Assembly (NCBI GenBank): GCA_043228905.1
Contig: JBHGNT010000005.1
Coordinates: 930,001-994,000, forward strand
Direction of reading: 5' to 3'
DNA length: 64,000 bases
Source of the DNA: Azolla caroliniana
Taxonomy: Eukaryota; Plantae; Polypodiophyta
Shown here: in pieces, positions 11,201 through 20,382 of the stretch
Layout: every line of letters begins with the position of its first letter
How positions within the stretch are numbered: position 1 is the first letter of the stretch
Position numbers and translations under genes: made by a program
Notes under the pieces: model-generated
Databases searched by the model: none
What the model was told of the DNA's origin: nothing
What the model saw: the letters and a program-made list of their open reading frames with translations, nothing else

Positions 11201-11543
11201 GCGCGGTAACGAAAAGGAATTCGAGGTCGGGAAACCTGTATTACTGTTCCAGACAAGGATGGGGAGCATGCCAGGGAAATTGCGATTTCGGTGGACCGGA
11301 CCATTCTGGATCACAAAGGAGTACAATGGGTCTTACCAGCTCGGGACGTTGTCAGGAGAAGTTGTGGGCAAATGGGCAAATGGGTTTCGCCTAAAACCGT
11401 ATAAGGGGCACATGCCAGCTAACCCCTTCAAGCAAGACCCGGAAAACCCGAATGGCGAGGAACCGACACCGACGCGTAACAACGACGAGGAACCGACAAC
11501 AGTGCGCACCGACCCGAACACATCGGGGGGAACCGAACAATGA
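8244..11543 (+). CDS. pol: Pol (RT, RNase H, integrase) of Gypsy H, same frame as gag
   Basis: RT FLDGFSGYNQI and VFLDDF; RH VDASD...NYSTTEREAL; INT H-H-C-C, WGLDFVGP, ISDQG, PQANGLAE, WTGPF. Confidence 0.95.
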   Translation, partial: PWLRTAHIKQNWQKNMITFRRGKTKVRVATQPRVLTSKEATPLYAESINMLEGLPDEEVDRYLEEHPQIVPLFEVDITAAVEPYITMPDEPDKVAIRELRQAQEALEREMTISQRVKASQLEEVDLGTTEQPRPVKVAKELPKEEKQAMVALLTDFKDVFAWSYEDMRGLDPQLYQHQIHLSTDAKPIAQRRYRMNPNYAAKVKEEIDKLLRVGFIRPVKQATWLSPIVVVPKKNGKIRVCVDYRKLNAATVTDAFPLPFTDGVLDAVAGHEVYSFLDGFSGYNQIRMNPADQEKTTFVTEWGVFVAVVMMFGLKTAPATFQRIIMEIFGDFIPGFMQVFLDDFAVYSRHGEHLDHLRLCLEKCREYRLSLNPAKCVFGVASGNLLGHVVSREGIAVDPDKVKAILDAPAPNSAKALSRFLGQIRWHSRMIRHLADFATPLHVAVHRVPFQWTETEEAAYQALKVMLSQAPVVQPPDWSKSFHVFVDASDVAIGSVLMQLTEPNWYRPVYYASRKLSKAERNYSTTEREALGMVYSVTKYRHYLLGRKFSFHVDHSALLYLVSKAALTGKLARWTLLLQEFEFDIFHRPGVQHAVADYLSRLESGESGDGVQDEFPDAELFKVTTAPATETTVADEDKWLTEMHQFLSTGVPPENLDRDERKRMAVRSRHFCLVGDTLYHKGADGVWRRAVRSDEKDLILREAHCGIAGGHYAGETTARKIWQSGLWWPTTMRDAVKYSRECDLCQRLGQPTEQARMPHHPVLPLEPFQKWGLDFVGPFKPPAMRTGNRYIIVATDYCTKWVEAKALRDNTAASTAKFLYECIWCRYGCPIELISDQGGHFLGQVVESLTSFYAVVHKRSTPYYPQANGLAESTNKTLQNILRKIVNENRTDWDTKLQSVLWAYRTAYKTSIRTTPFRLAFGLEAVMPVEFQIPSLRIQVKERLSEKESEQIRLKMLLELEENRIASLLQLELEQRRRKAFVDRHRRGNEKEFEVGKPVLLFQTRMGSMPGKLRFRWTGPFWITKEYNGSYQLGTLSGEVVGKWANGFRLKPYKGHMPANPFKQDPENPNGEEPTPTRNNDEEPTTVRTDPNTSGGTEQ

Positions 11544-11558
11544 TGCGGCATATGCTTT

Positions 11559-11586
11559 AAAAAAATAAATAAATAAATAAATAAAT
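11559..11586 (+). terminator. (AAAT)n tract with repeated AATAAA just after the pol stop; possible internal polyadenylation signal
   Basis: AAAAAAATAAATAAATAAATAAATAAAT starting about 15 nt after the pol stop; function inferred. Confidence 0.4.
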
Positions 11587-11812
11587 GATGACGTGGTGCT
11601 ACGGTCAAGAAGATCAAGAAAATCATGGTAATGATGAAGGAGGTAGTTACAACCGTCACACGGGTGCACGAGCTATTTAAAGCACAGAACGTGGGGGGCC
11701 GATGTACAGAATTTAAAACGCGCGTCAATTAAGGAGTCATAATGACAGACACGTAGGAGATTCGACACACGCGGCAAAGAAGCGCAAGCATGACACGCGG
11801 CAGCAAAGGACA

Positions 11813-11911
11813 GACATACTATTCATGACACAGCATGCGCAGGCGCCAAAAATAGGACATGCTATTCATGACAGAGCATGCGCAGGCGCCAAAAATAGGA
11901 CATGCTATTCA
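11813..11911 (+). repeat. 43-bp tandem repeat, about 2.3 copies, upstream of the extra ORF
   Basis: GACAT(A/G)CTATTCATGACA(C/G)AGCATGCGCAGGCGCCAAAAATAG at 11813 and 11856; partial copy at 11899. Confidence 0.9.
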
Positions 11912-12016
11912 AGGCAGAACACGTGCAGCTGCCGAAATTAAAAAGTGAGATGCTAATTATGGCAGAAGATACGCACGCGCGAAAAACAGGAAAAGGCGGC
12001 TCGAGGGAAACGCCAC

Positions 12017-12024
12017 TATATAAA
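12017..12024 (+). promoter_or_regulatory. Putative internal TATA box for the extra ORF
   Basis: CAC-TATATAAA-GG about 140 nt upstream of the in-frame ATG at 12160 (GCGATGGCA, strong context). Confidence 0.5.
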
Positions 12025-12159
12025 GGAAGAACCGGGGAAGGGTTCACTTTTTACGAATTTTCCCACAAGCAAACGCAGGCTCAAGACAGCAAGATCCGAC
12101 GCGCAGAACACCTACACCCCGACCTCAGACCACAGGCAGCAGCAGACGAAGAAGAAGCG

Positions 12160-15075
12160 ATGGCACTGTCGGACGGAGCGCGACAATGGCTGACGGAGAA
12201 CGGATTAGGAGGGCTGCTGCGGGTCGCTGACGCTCCACCACACAAGCAACCAGAGCAGGCGGCAACAGCGGTGGACTTAGCAGAGGTCACTGAAGGAGCG
12301 GTACAAGCGCTCACAGGGATTTCGGAGGGAGGACTTCAGACGATAGAGCTACCCTCGAGCCAAATATTCTTCGAGTATTTCGGCGAATACTCCCTTAGCA
12401 GCAAGGCGTATCGCACACAGGGCGGAGAGAACCTGCTGTTCGGAGAGGTGGCCCGCGCCCTGATGGAGTACGGGTTCGTGAACCCTCGTCCGGCAGCCAT
12501 AGCCAAATACCGAGCAGCGATCGTCATCGCGACATTCGAAGGCCTGCAGGTGGACTGGCTCCATTTCATCACCGAAGGACTGAAAGAGGCGATCAAGCAC
12601 TTAGTGGAAGGGAAGAAGCCATGGGCCGGAATATCCCAATGGTTAACAGTGTTGGTCCCACCGGTGTCCCCCATCAAGCACAAGCAAAGAAGTCGGCAGG
12701 AGACTACCCCGAAGCAAACCATGAAGCGCCGACGAATCCTAGAGAAACACACTCCAGGATGGACACAGGAAGAAGAAGCGCCGCGGGAAGAAGGATCATC
12801 CCGACAGCCGCGGAAAGAAGGCTCATCTCGACAACCGCGGGAAGAAGACTCATCCCGACAGCAAAGGGAGGAAGGCCCATCATGGCAGCCACAGAAACAG
12901 CAACAGCAACCGACAACGAAGAAGAAAAAGGCGGAAAAAGGCAAGGAGAAGCTGGCAAAGAAGACCAGCAAGAGGCAAACCGACACCGAACCAGTAACGC
13001 TCGAATCGGAACCGGTACCAGTAAAGGAACCAATAGTGGCACCGACGGAGGACGCTGAAACAGAGGAAGACTCATCCGAACCGATGTTAATACTACCACC
13101 CAGGCAAGGAAAGGAGAAACGAGCGACAAGACCGACCCCAACAGCAGACGGAACTCAGCAACGGGCAAAAGAACCGCCTCCAGTAACCGGTACAGAAGCG
13201 ACACAGGATGAAGGTCCGTCTGCACCAGAGACGGCAGTACCGGAACCGACGGCGGCGGAGTTCGAAGAACAAAGAAAGGAACAAGCGCCGGAACAAGAGA
13301 AGAGGCCGGAGAAACAGCCGGAAAAACAGCCGGAGCTAGGCACGCCTGCTGACACCAACGAAGGCAGAACAAAGGCACAATGGCTAAGGTGGTTGTCAGG
13401 GCAGTTGTCGGGAGTAGCAGACCAGATGGAGAAAGAGGAGGAGCAAAGAGAAGAAGTGACTAGGACGATGACTAAGGATATGGTCATGCTCCGGGCACAA
13501 TTACATGAGCTGCAAGAGGAGCTAGCACAGGCAAAAGAAGGCAGCCGACAAGCACAAGATGGCACCGAGCCGGTCGGGACATCAGAAAAGCAAGCCGAAC
13601 CAGAAACGGAGAGGGCCTTGCAAACCGGCCCTGAGACCGAGAAGGTAATAGCAACTTTGAAAGAAGAATTACAGGCTCAGGAGGCATTGAGAGATAACGA
13701 AAGAGAACAGCGGAAGTTGGTAGAAGACGACAGACGGCGAATGGAGGAAGGCCTTCGCCGAAGCAAAGCCACCAATGACCGACTACAAGAAGAAAACGGG
13801 ACACTGCAAAAGGAAAAAGATAGGCTGCGCCGACGAATGGAGCAGGAAATTGAGCGGTTGCGAGAGGAACTCCGACAACAAAAGGACCGGGATGATCAGT
13901 TGCGAGCTCAGGCGAACCGACGCCTAAAACAGAAGACGGAGGAATTCGACAGACTATGTAAGGATTATAAACAGGCCACGTCGGACATCAAGAATCAGGC
14001 AGCAACGTACGACCGACAGATAGAGAAGTTGAAAGAGCAGCTCAAGGAAAACCGCTTGGAATTGTCCAAAGCAAGGGAGGAAGTATCGGCGGAGAAGACC
14101 TTGACGTCGGAACAAAGAAAGGAGATGGAAGTACTTCGGCAGAAAGTAGGGGAGCTGACAAAGAGCAGGAATGAGGAGAAAGTGAAGTTGACTTTCGAAA
14201 TCAACAAATGGCGGAGTACCTGTGACAAGCAAAAAGTCGACTCTGAAGCTCAAGCTCAGTTAATGGCCGACATCATCAAACGGATAAGGAAGGAAAAACA
14301 AGCAGCTTCGGAACAGGCTAAAGCAGGGGTTGGCCGAATTAAGTTCATCATGTCAAGTTGGAGTACCCGAGCTCAGGCCAGCATAAATGAAAGCACGGAG
14401 AAGCTCTGGAGGGAATGGGCACAACAGGCAGCTGAACTGCAGATACTCCGAGCTGATGCAGAAAATCGGAAGAAAAACGGAGATGGGTTCTATAAAATGG
14501 ACGAAGAAAGTATCGTCAACATCCGGGAAGAACTGTCGGAGGATTTCTATGCTCTAGCAGAAGAGCATCTCAAGGAAATCCGAGGGTTAGTAGAGAGGTT
14601 GGATGACGGACAGCTCGAAACCCAACTAGAATTGGAAGGGTACGAGAAGGACCGACTGCGACAGGAAGCCGAGGGACACACAACGCCGATCTCCATTAGT
14701 GAGGGCGAGCGACCGGCTGAAGAGGACCCAACCAACAATGCACCCCGACAAGAATTACCCGAGGAAGAACTTCCGGAGCAAGAGCAGGTTGATGCCGGGG
14801 ATGATGCAGAGTGGAGACAGAGAAGTACCGAATCCGGGGAGGAAAGGACACAACCAGTGGAAACCGGAGAAAGCGATACCGGGAACGGAACGGAGGTAGA
14901 GCAGGACAGACCCGGACAGGATACAGAAGAAACACCGGTACTACCGGTAGAAGCAGAGTCGGAGCAGCAAGATGCGAAAAGGCAGCCAATCCAATCGGAA
15001 GTCGGAGACGGCACAGGCAAAACAACACTTGAAACCTCTGAGCGGAGTTTGCTGGATAATTTGGAGGAAGACTGA
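12160..15075 (+). CDS. Accessory ORF of Gypsy H (~971 aa from ATG 12160; frame open from 11902): N-terminal globular domain, basic/disordered linker, long coiled coil, acidic tail
   Basis: Uninterrupted 3.1-kb sense frame between pol and the 3' LTR; N-terminal ...IVIATFEGLQVDWLHFITEGL...; KRRR and KKKK patches; E/K/Q/R/L-rich heptad-like region; no evident signal peptide or TM helix. Confidence 0.85.
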   Translation: MALSDGARQWLTENGLGGLLRVADAPPHKQPEQAATAVDLAEVTEGAVQALTGISEGGLQTIELPSSQIFFEYFGEYSLSSKAYRTQGGENLLFGEVARALMEYGFVNPRPAAIAKYRAAIVIATFEGLQVDWLHFITEGLKEAIKHLVEGKKPWAGISQWLTVLVPPVSPIKHKQRSRQETTPKQTMKRRRILEKHTPGWTQEEEAPREEGSSRQPRKEGSSRQPREEDSSRQQREEGPSWQPQKQQQQPTTKKKKAEKGKEKLAKKTSKRQTDTEPVTLESEPVPVKEPIVAPTEDAETEEDSSEPMLILPPRQGKEKRATRPTPTADGTQQRAKEPPPVTGTEATQDEGPSAPETAVPEPTAAEFEEQRKEQAPEQEKRPEKQPEKQPELGTPADTNEGRTKAQWLRWLSGQLSGVADQMEKEEEQREEVTRTMTKDMVMLRAQLHELQEELAQAKEGSRQAQDGTEPVGTSEKQAEPETERALQTGPETEKVIATLKEELQAQEALRDNEREQRKLVEDDRRRMEEGLRRSKATNDRLQEENGTLQKEKDRLRRRMEQEIERLREELRQQKDRDDQLRAQANRRLKQKTEEFDRLCKDYKQATSDIKNQAATYDRQIEKLKEQLKENRLELSKAREEVSAEKTLTSEQRKEMEVLRQKVGELTKSRNEEKVKLTFEINKWRSTCDKQKVDSEAQAQLMADIIKRIRKEKQAASEQAKAGVGRIKFIMSSWSTRAQASINESTEKLWREWAQQAAELQILRADAENRKKNGDGFYKMDEESIVNIREELSEDFYALAEEHLKEIRGLVERLDDGQLETQLELEGYEKDRLRQEAEGHTTPISISEGERPAEEDPTNNAPRQELPEEELPEQEQVDAGDDAEWRQRSTESGEERTQPVETGESDTGNGTEVEQDRPGQDTEETPVLPVEAESEQQDAKRQPIQSEVGDGTGKTTLETSERSLLDNLEED

Positions 15076-15125
15076 AGCCGGCTGTGGGTTCGAAGTGCAA
15101 TGCACTTTCCCACGGGCGTGCCATG

Positions 15126-15496
15126 TGTTGGCCGGTCAGAGAAGGCAAATGGGAAAGCAAGGTCGGATCGGATAAATATAGAAATAGGAATAGAATTATT
15201 AGGAGGGACGGATCCGGTAGTTGTAACCGATCCGGATCCGAACCGATTCGGTTTCGGTTAACGGTTGCCTACCGAGCACCGATTGTAATCTGGCCGGATG
15301 CCTATAAAAGGATCCGATGTTTTGTAATGAAGGGGCGAAGAATTAATATAGTTTTGCTTATGCTGATTAATCTTGTCTTCGTCTGTGCTTAAGTGTAATT
15401 ATCATACGCGTGTATTAACATCCTATCCCTACCACCCCTTTGGAGAAGTGTCGGATAGACACCTGTGTTGAGGCTAGTCCAGCCATACATACAACA
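15126..15496 (+). repeat. 3' LTR of Gypsy H
   Basis: Near-identical to 5364-5734. Confidence 0.95.
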
Positions 15497-16502
15497 CATT
15501 CTGATATAGAGATAGTTTGCGGTCTGTGGGCTGCCGTGGTTTTTCCCGAATTTGGGTTTTCCACGTAAACATCCTGTGTACTCTTCTCTCTATCGTGGTG
15601 TGCTTTCATTCCCTGTTTTCTATGTTTATTTTTTTTCTAGGCTCGGTTGTGGCCGAGCGTTGTTCATCGGGAGCGTGTAGTTCCTGTCAAGATGCTCAAC
15701 AAGTTAGCTTAAGGAAACATAAACGCTTTACAATGGTGTTCGCCATGGCCACACCAAACGACTATGAGAAAACCCTACCGGAAAACCCCAAGAAGAAAAC
15801 CCTAACCGAAACCCTAAAACCGAATAGGAAACCCCCGACCTAAGTGGTATGCCTCTCTCCCTCAAAATAGGCAACCCCTTCATAAGTGACCCCTCCCTTC
15901 CTTTTATAGCCCAAGGAGGGAGGGAGCTTACAATGTGGGATAAAATTTCCCCTCTTATTTCTATACACCATTTCCTAGTATACATGTGCACATGGTGCAC
16001 ACCACGGATTTGCCTATTCCACCCCGGTTTATGCCTATGGACGAAAATCTTCACGACAACGTAGTGACGAATCTTCCAGACACCGTGTCCCGGCCTTTCC
16101 GTAGGCTGTCTTTCTCCTCCCTTCCGGATCAGTTATCCGGAAGTCCGCTTCCTGGTTCTTATCCATAACTCTCCGCATTGTCGGATCTCGTTCCCTTGCT
16201 GCCACCATCCATCTCCCTCGGTCTCACGTTGTCATGAAGATTTTCAGCAACTGTGAGAAAATCGTGTGGAACAAAGAAAATTGAGAAAGTGTAATGAGCA
16301 CTCAAACATTTGTAAATAAAATAAGACTAAAGCCTAGTAACCTTTGAGTCCGTATAAAGGGGTGCTTGAACCTTGCACCTCCATGATAAGAGACGAATTA
16401 ACTTACTACTAAAGCCACTACTAAGTGCTTTAAATTTTGTATATTTTCTTTCCATATTCAATATTTCGTAGGAAGCAAACATATAAAAACCGTGGACACA
16501 AA

Positions 16503-16591
16503 ACCATGGTTTTAACCCATGGTTTTAGCCCGTGGTTTTAGCCCATGATTTCAGCCCATGGTTTTAGCCCGTGGGTTTAGCCCATGGTTTT
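16503..16591 (+). repeat. 13-bp tandem repeat (CCCATGGTTTTAG), about 7 copies, in the Trp-B LTR U3
   Basis: Visible array just upstream of CCTATAAAAG at about 16605. Confidence 0.85.
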
Positions 16592-16787
16592 TGCATGGAG
16601 AGACCTATAAAAGCCTATAGTGGGGCTTGTGTAAGGGGACAAGTGATGTAAATAAATAAAAACTTGTAATCAAAGATTTGAGTTATCCTAATGGTGTTGT
16701 ATCTTGTCTCATAAAACTAAAGTCAAGGGTTCAATCTCTATCTCAATCTCTCTCTATCTCTTCATCCATCTATCTATCTTCAATACT

Positions 16788-19700
16788 TGTTAACGTTTGC
16801 TTGCGGAAGCGTTAGAAAGAACAATACACGCAGAGAGATAGAGAGAGCAAGACACACTAGTTTTTCAAAATGATATGAATACTCTGTGCTCTGTGTATCT
16901 ACAATGCGCTCATCAGCGCTATTTATACAAGTCTACACAGGACTGTTAGAAGTACGGTGTACTTCAATGCTCACACGAGCATCTGACGCTAACTACGATC
17001 AGTTTACAGTGACATGGAGGGTCAACCAGGTCCCAAGTTCCGTTGGCATCCAGTGCCCGCATTTCTTCCTCCATAGCGGCACGCCAATTTGCGTCCTTTG
17101 CCGCTTCTGCGTAGCTCTCCGGCTCACGTACTTCCACGACCTTGGTCATGTATGCATAATGATGCGCCATGTACTCATTATACCCATACCGTTTAATGGG
17201 ATCCTTCTGGCAGGTGGACTGGCGTAACTCACCGTTACCCGGTATGAGACCCTTCTTGGCCGGTTCGGTCTTCGTTCCCGAAGATCTACCAATGTCCTTG
17301 CCGACGTCAGATACGCACCGATCCGACGCTTCATTGCCAGTCTCGAATTCTGGCATCTTCTGCTTCCCTTTCTCTTTGCGTGTGAACCGTCTCCTCAGTT
17401 CCTTGCGCGGGGAGAGCACGACAAAGTCTCCACTACTCGTCGTCTCATCATCCGACTGGTTGGACTGATCCAGTCTCTCATTTGGTCCGCTTAACCGGAA
17501 TGATTCCGAACTCTCATCTTGAGTCCCGGCTTCGTCTTTCTCTACCTGGGCCGGTTCAGGCTCACTAGTCCCATCCTCCGACATCGGGTCGGGATTGGAA
17601 GTCGGAGTTGGTAAGGAGTACCACGATGCCGATTCATCAAACTCGACATCTCGGCTGACTCGGACCTGCTTCGTCCGGGGGTTATAACACTTATACCCCT
17701 TTTGCTCTTGAGCATAGCCGACTAGGATGCATTTTTCCGATTTTGCATCCAGCTTTCTCTGCTTCTCATCCGGCACATGTACATAGGCTATGTTGCCGAA
17801 TATCCGGAGGTGTCTCAAATTCGGCTTGCGCCCGAAATACAGCTCATGAGCTGACACCTTGTCCCCAATCCGGTTCTGGATGTAAACGGCCGTTTGGACC
17901 GCCTCCGCCCAGTAGAACTTGGGCATGCTCTTTTCCACCAACATTGCCCTAACCGCGTCAATCAGCGACTGATTCTTCCTTTCGGCCACACCGTTCTGTT
18001 GCGGTGTGTATCTGCAGCTGAATTCTCGCCGAATTCCTTTTTGTTGCAGATAGCTGTTGAATTGGCCAGAAAAGTACTCTTTTCCGCCATCCGACTGTAG
18101 GCATTTGATCTTCCTCTCTGATTCCCGTTCCACCATCTTCTGGAGGCTCCGGAAACACTCGAAGACTTCGCTCTTCCGCTCAATGAGGTAGATCCACGTA
18201 TGCCGCGTGTAGTCGTCAATGAAGGAGACGAAATATCGACTCCCGCCAATGCTAACATTTTGTGTCGGTCCCCACACATCCGAATGGATAAGATCGAGCT
18301 TGTTACGGCTTCGATTTCTTTCGGTGGGGAATGGAAGCCAGTGTTGCTTCCCGAGTTGGCAGGCTTCACAAATCAGGGCTCTCCGGCCGCTAAACTTCGG
18401 CAAACCGGTCTTGAAGCCTCCGGTAGTTGACGTGGCCGATCCGCTTGTGCCATAGGTCGATATCTGACTCGACCTTCTGTCCTTTGGCGGACAGTGCGGT
18501 GCCGACATCATTGGTGTTGAGGATAAACATCCTCCCATCTCTGCGCCCTTGCGCAATAACTTCGCCCTCATCCTCAATGAAGCACCCGAGGTGCGTAAAC
18601 CGCACCTGCATCCCCTGGTCGACGATCTGTCCAACCCACACCAGGTTCTTCGTGATCGTCAGAACATGTAATACATTCATCAGCTTCCCCCTCTGTCCGA
18701 CGTGGCTCAAAGGGACTTCTCCGACGTGCACGATCGGGTGGGGAGTGTCGTCTCCGGTTTCGACAACTCCCGGTTGATCCGGCTTCTCCAAAAAGGAGAA
18801 CCACTCCCCGTGGCTCGTCATGTGGTTCGATGCGCCGGAGTCAACATACCACACTTCCTCCGATTTGGAACTGGTCTTCTTCATTGAGTTTGCCTTGTGC
18901 TTCATCACCAAGGTTGGCCCTTTACCGTTCTTGGATCCTCCCAATCCGTTTGCGTAGTGTGAGCTTTGTCGGCCTTCCTTACCGGTCTTGCCAGATCCGG
19001 ATTTGTCCGAATCGGCACGCTTTCTCCAGCACTCTCTTTCCCTATGGCCCTTTTTGCCACAGTACCAGCATTCCGTAGTGGATTGTCTTGCCGGCCTCCA
19101 GAACCACCTTGACTCCCTCTACTTGTGGAAGTCCCAGAACTGTTGTCGGCACGCTCACTGTGCCTTCGTTCCTGCTCTTGTCGGCCGCCTCCATTGCGTG
19201 CCAACCTGCCTCGTCCACCATGCCTACAGGACCGATCCGCTCCCGTGTACAGCATCTGGCTGTCTGGGGATGCACTGATAGATGCACCGGCGTGGTTCTC
19301 CTCTACAAGGAGCATCGATTGTAAGTCGAAAAATGAGGGCGTATTCTCCCTTGTACAAACCGCAATCCGGAAAGCTCCGAACTTGGACGCCAGGCCTCCA
19401 AGACAGACCTACACCATCTCGTCTTCCTCTACGGTGACGTTAATAGAGGCAAGCGAGTCACAGATCCCTTTGATCCGGGCTGTGTAATCTGCCACCGACA
19501 TGTTCTTCTGTCGAACATTGCTCAACTCCTGTCTGAGTTGCAGCTTCTGGGTAGTGGTGCTTGCGGCAAAAACCTTTTTCAAGTTTCCCCAAGCATCCTT
19601 CAGTGTCTTGGCATCACGGATATGGTTGAGCAGCTGGTCACCGACACTGGATGTGAAGCAATACATCACCCTGCTTGTTGCCTGTTCCCACACTGGGAAG

Positions 19701-20382
19701 TCCTTCTGTGTCGTCTCTGGTGCTAAGTCGTTCACTCCATCGACATAACTCCAGTAGCCATGCCCAAGCAGGTACTGGTGCATCTTGTATGACCAAGATG
19801 CGTAGTTGGTTCTGTCGAGCTTCTCCACCGGGAGCGACGTAGCCATACCTCTGTCCATTTCTCCTTTTGTGTCTGTTTTCCGATCTATTAGGGTTTCCTT
19901 CACAAGCGTAGATGTCTGCAGCAGAGGTTCTCAACCCACGCGCTCTGATACCATGTTAAAGATTGCTTGCGGAAGCGTTATAAAGAACAATACAGAGAGA
20001 GACAGAGACAGAGAGAGAGTACGCGGGAGAGACAGAGAGAGCAAGACACACTAGTTTTTCAAAATTATATGAATACTCTGTGCTCTGTGTATCTACAACG
20101 TGCTCATCAGCACTATTTATACAAGTCTACACGAGACTGTTAGAAGTACGGTGTACTTCAATGCTCACACGAGCATCTGACACTAACTACGAGACTATAA
20201 TTGCCTAGTAGTCTAACCTATACTAGGCTTCCGGTTACGGATTGGATCCAGCATACCGGCTCCCCAGCTCACCGGTCCTTACTGCTTACCGGCTCGGTTG
20301 CTCACCGGCATACCGATTCATCTCGCTTACCGGCTCAGGCTTATTCAGCCGATCCGGCTCCGGTTGAGCTTGCCGCTCAACA
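16788..20382 (-). mobile_element. Copia C with RT/RNase H deleted; 5' LTR 19954-20382, partial 3' LTR 16788 to about 16998
   Basis: TSD ATACT at 16783-16787 and 20383-20387; Met PBS TGGTATCAGAGCG at 19941-19953; LTR copies match. Confidence 0.9.
16999..19847 (-). pseudogene. gag-pol: Copia C gag-protease-integrase up to the start of RT, frameshifted
   Basis: EKLDRTNYASW; WYVDSGASNHM; LWHKRIGH; CEACQLGK; IHSDVWGP; SDGGKEY; QQNGVAER; ends at WDLVDPP. Confidence 0.9.

Larger units (their letters stand above)
5364..15496 (+). mobile_element. Young full-length non-chromovirus (Athila/Tat-superclade-like) Gypsy H with an extra 3' ORF
   Basis: 371-bp LTRs (5364-5734, 15126-15496), one C/T difference seen; TSD CATTC at 5359-5363 and 15497-15501; order PR-RT-RH-INT; no chromodomain and no second RNase H. 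Confidence 0.95.
778..15689 (+). mobile_element. Copia A, internally deleted and multiply nested; 5' LTR remnant 778-1339, 3' LTR 4815-5363 plus 15502-15689
   Basis: TGTTAGGAAACAGG at 778 and 4815; ends TTCCTGTCA at 15689; TSD AGATG at 773-777 and 15690-15694; PPT GAAGGGGGAG at 4803-4812. Confidence 0.9.
1..16058 (-). mobile_element. Gypsy LTR retrotransposon Trp-A (tRNA-Trp PBS family); 5' LTR split into 622-777 and 15695-16058 by Copia A; element runs off the window start
   Basis: LTR ends TGTCGCG (622) and CTTCACGACA (16058) match other family copies; the halves join across TSD AGATG; PBS at 600-617; gag-like ORF at 24-584. Confidence 0.8.

Noticed and set aside
11902-12159. Start of the extra ORF at 11902 as listed in the ORF track
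   Set aside because: That ATG lies within the 43-bp repeat and upstream of the TATA-like box; ATG 12160 fits better, though this is not proven
11902-15075. Extra ORF as a retroviral envelope gene
   Set aside because: It occupies the env position, but I see no signal peptide, TM anchor or Cys-rich ectodomain; the composition is charged coiled coil
5812-15160. Long antisense ORFs (e.g. 5812-6690, 7814-8743, 12336-12986)
   Set aside because: Shadows of GC-rich, repetitive sense ORFs with no recognisable motifs
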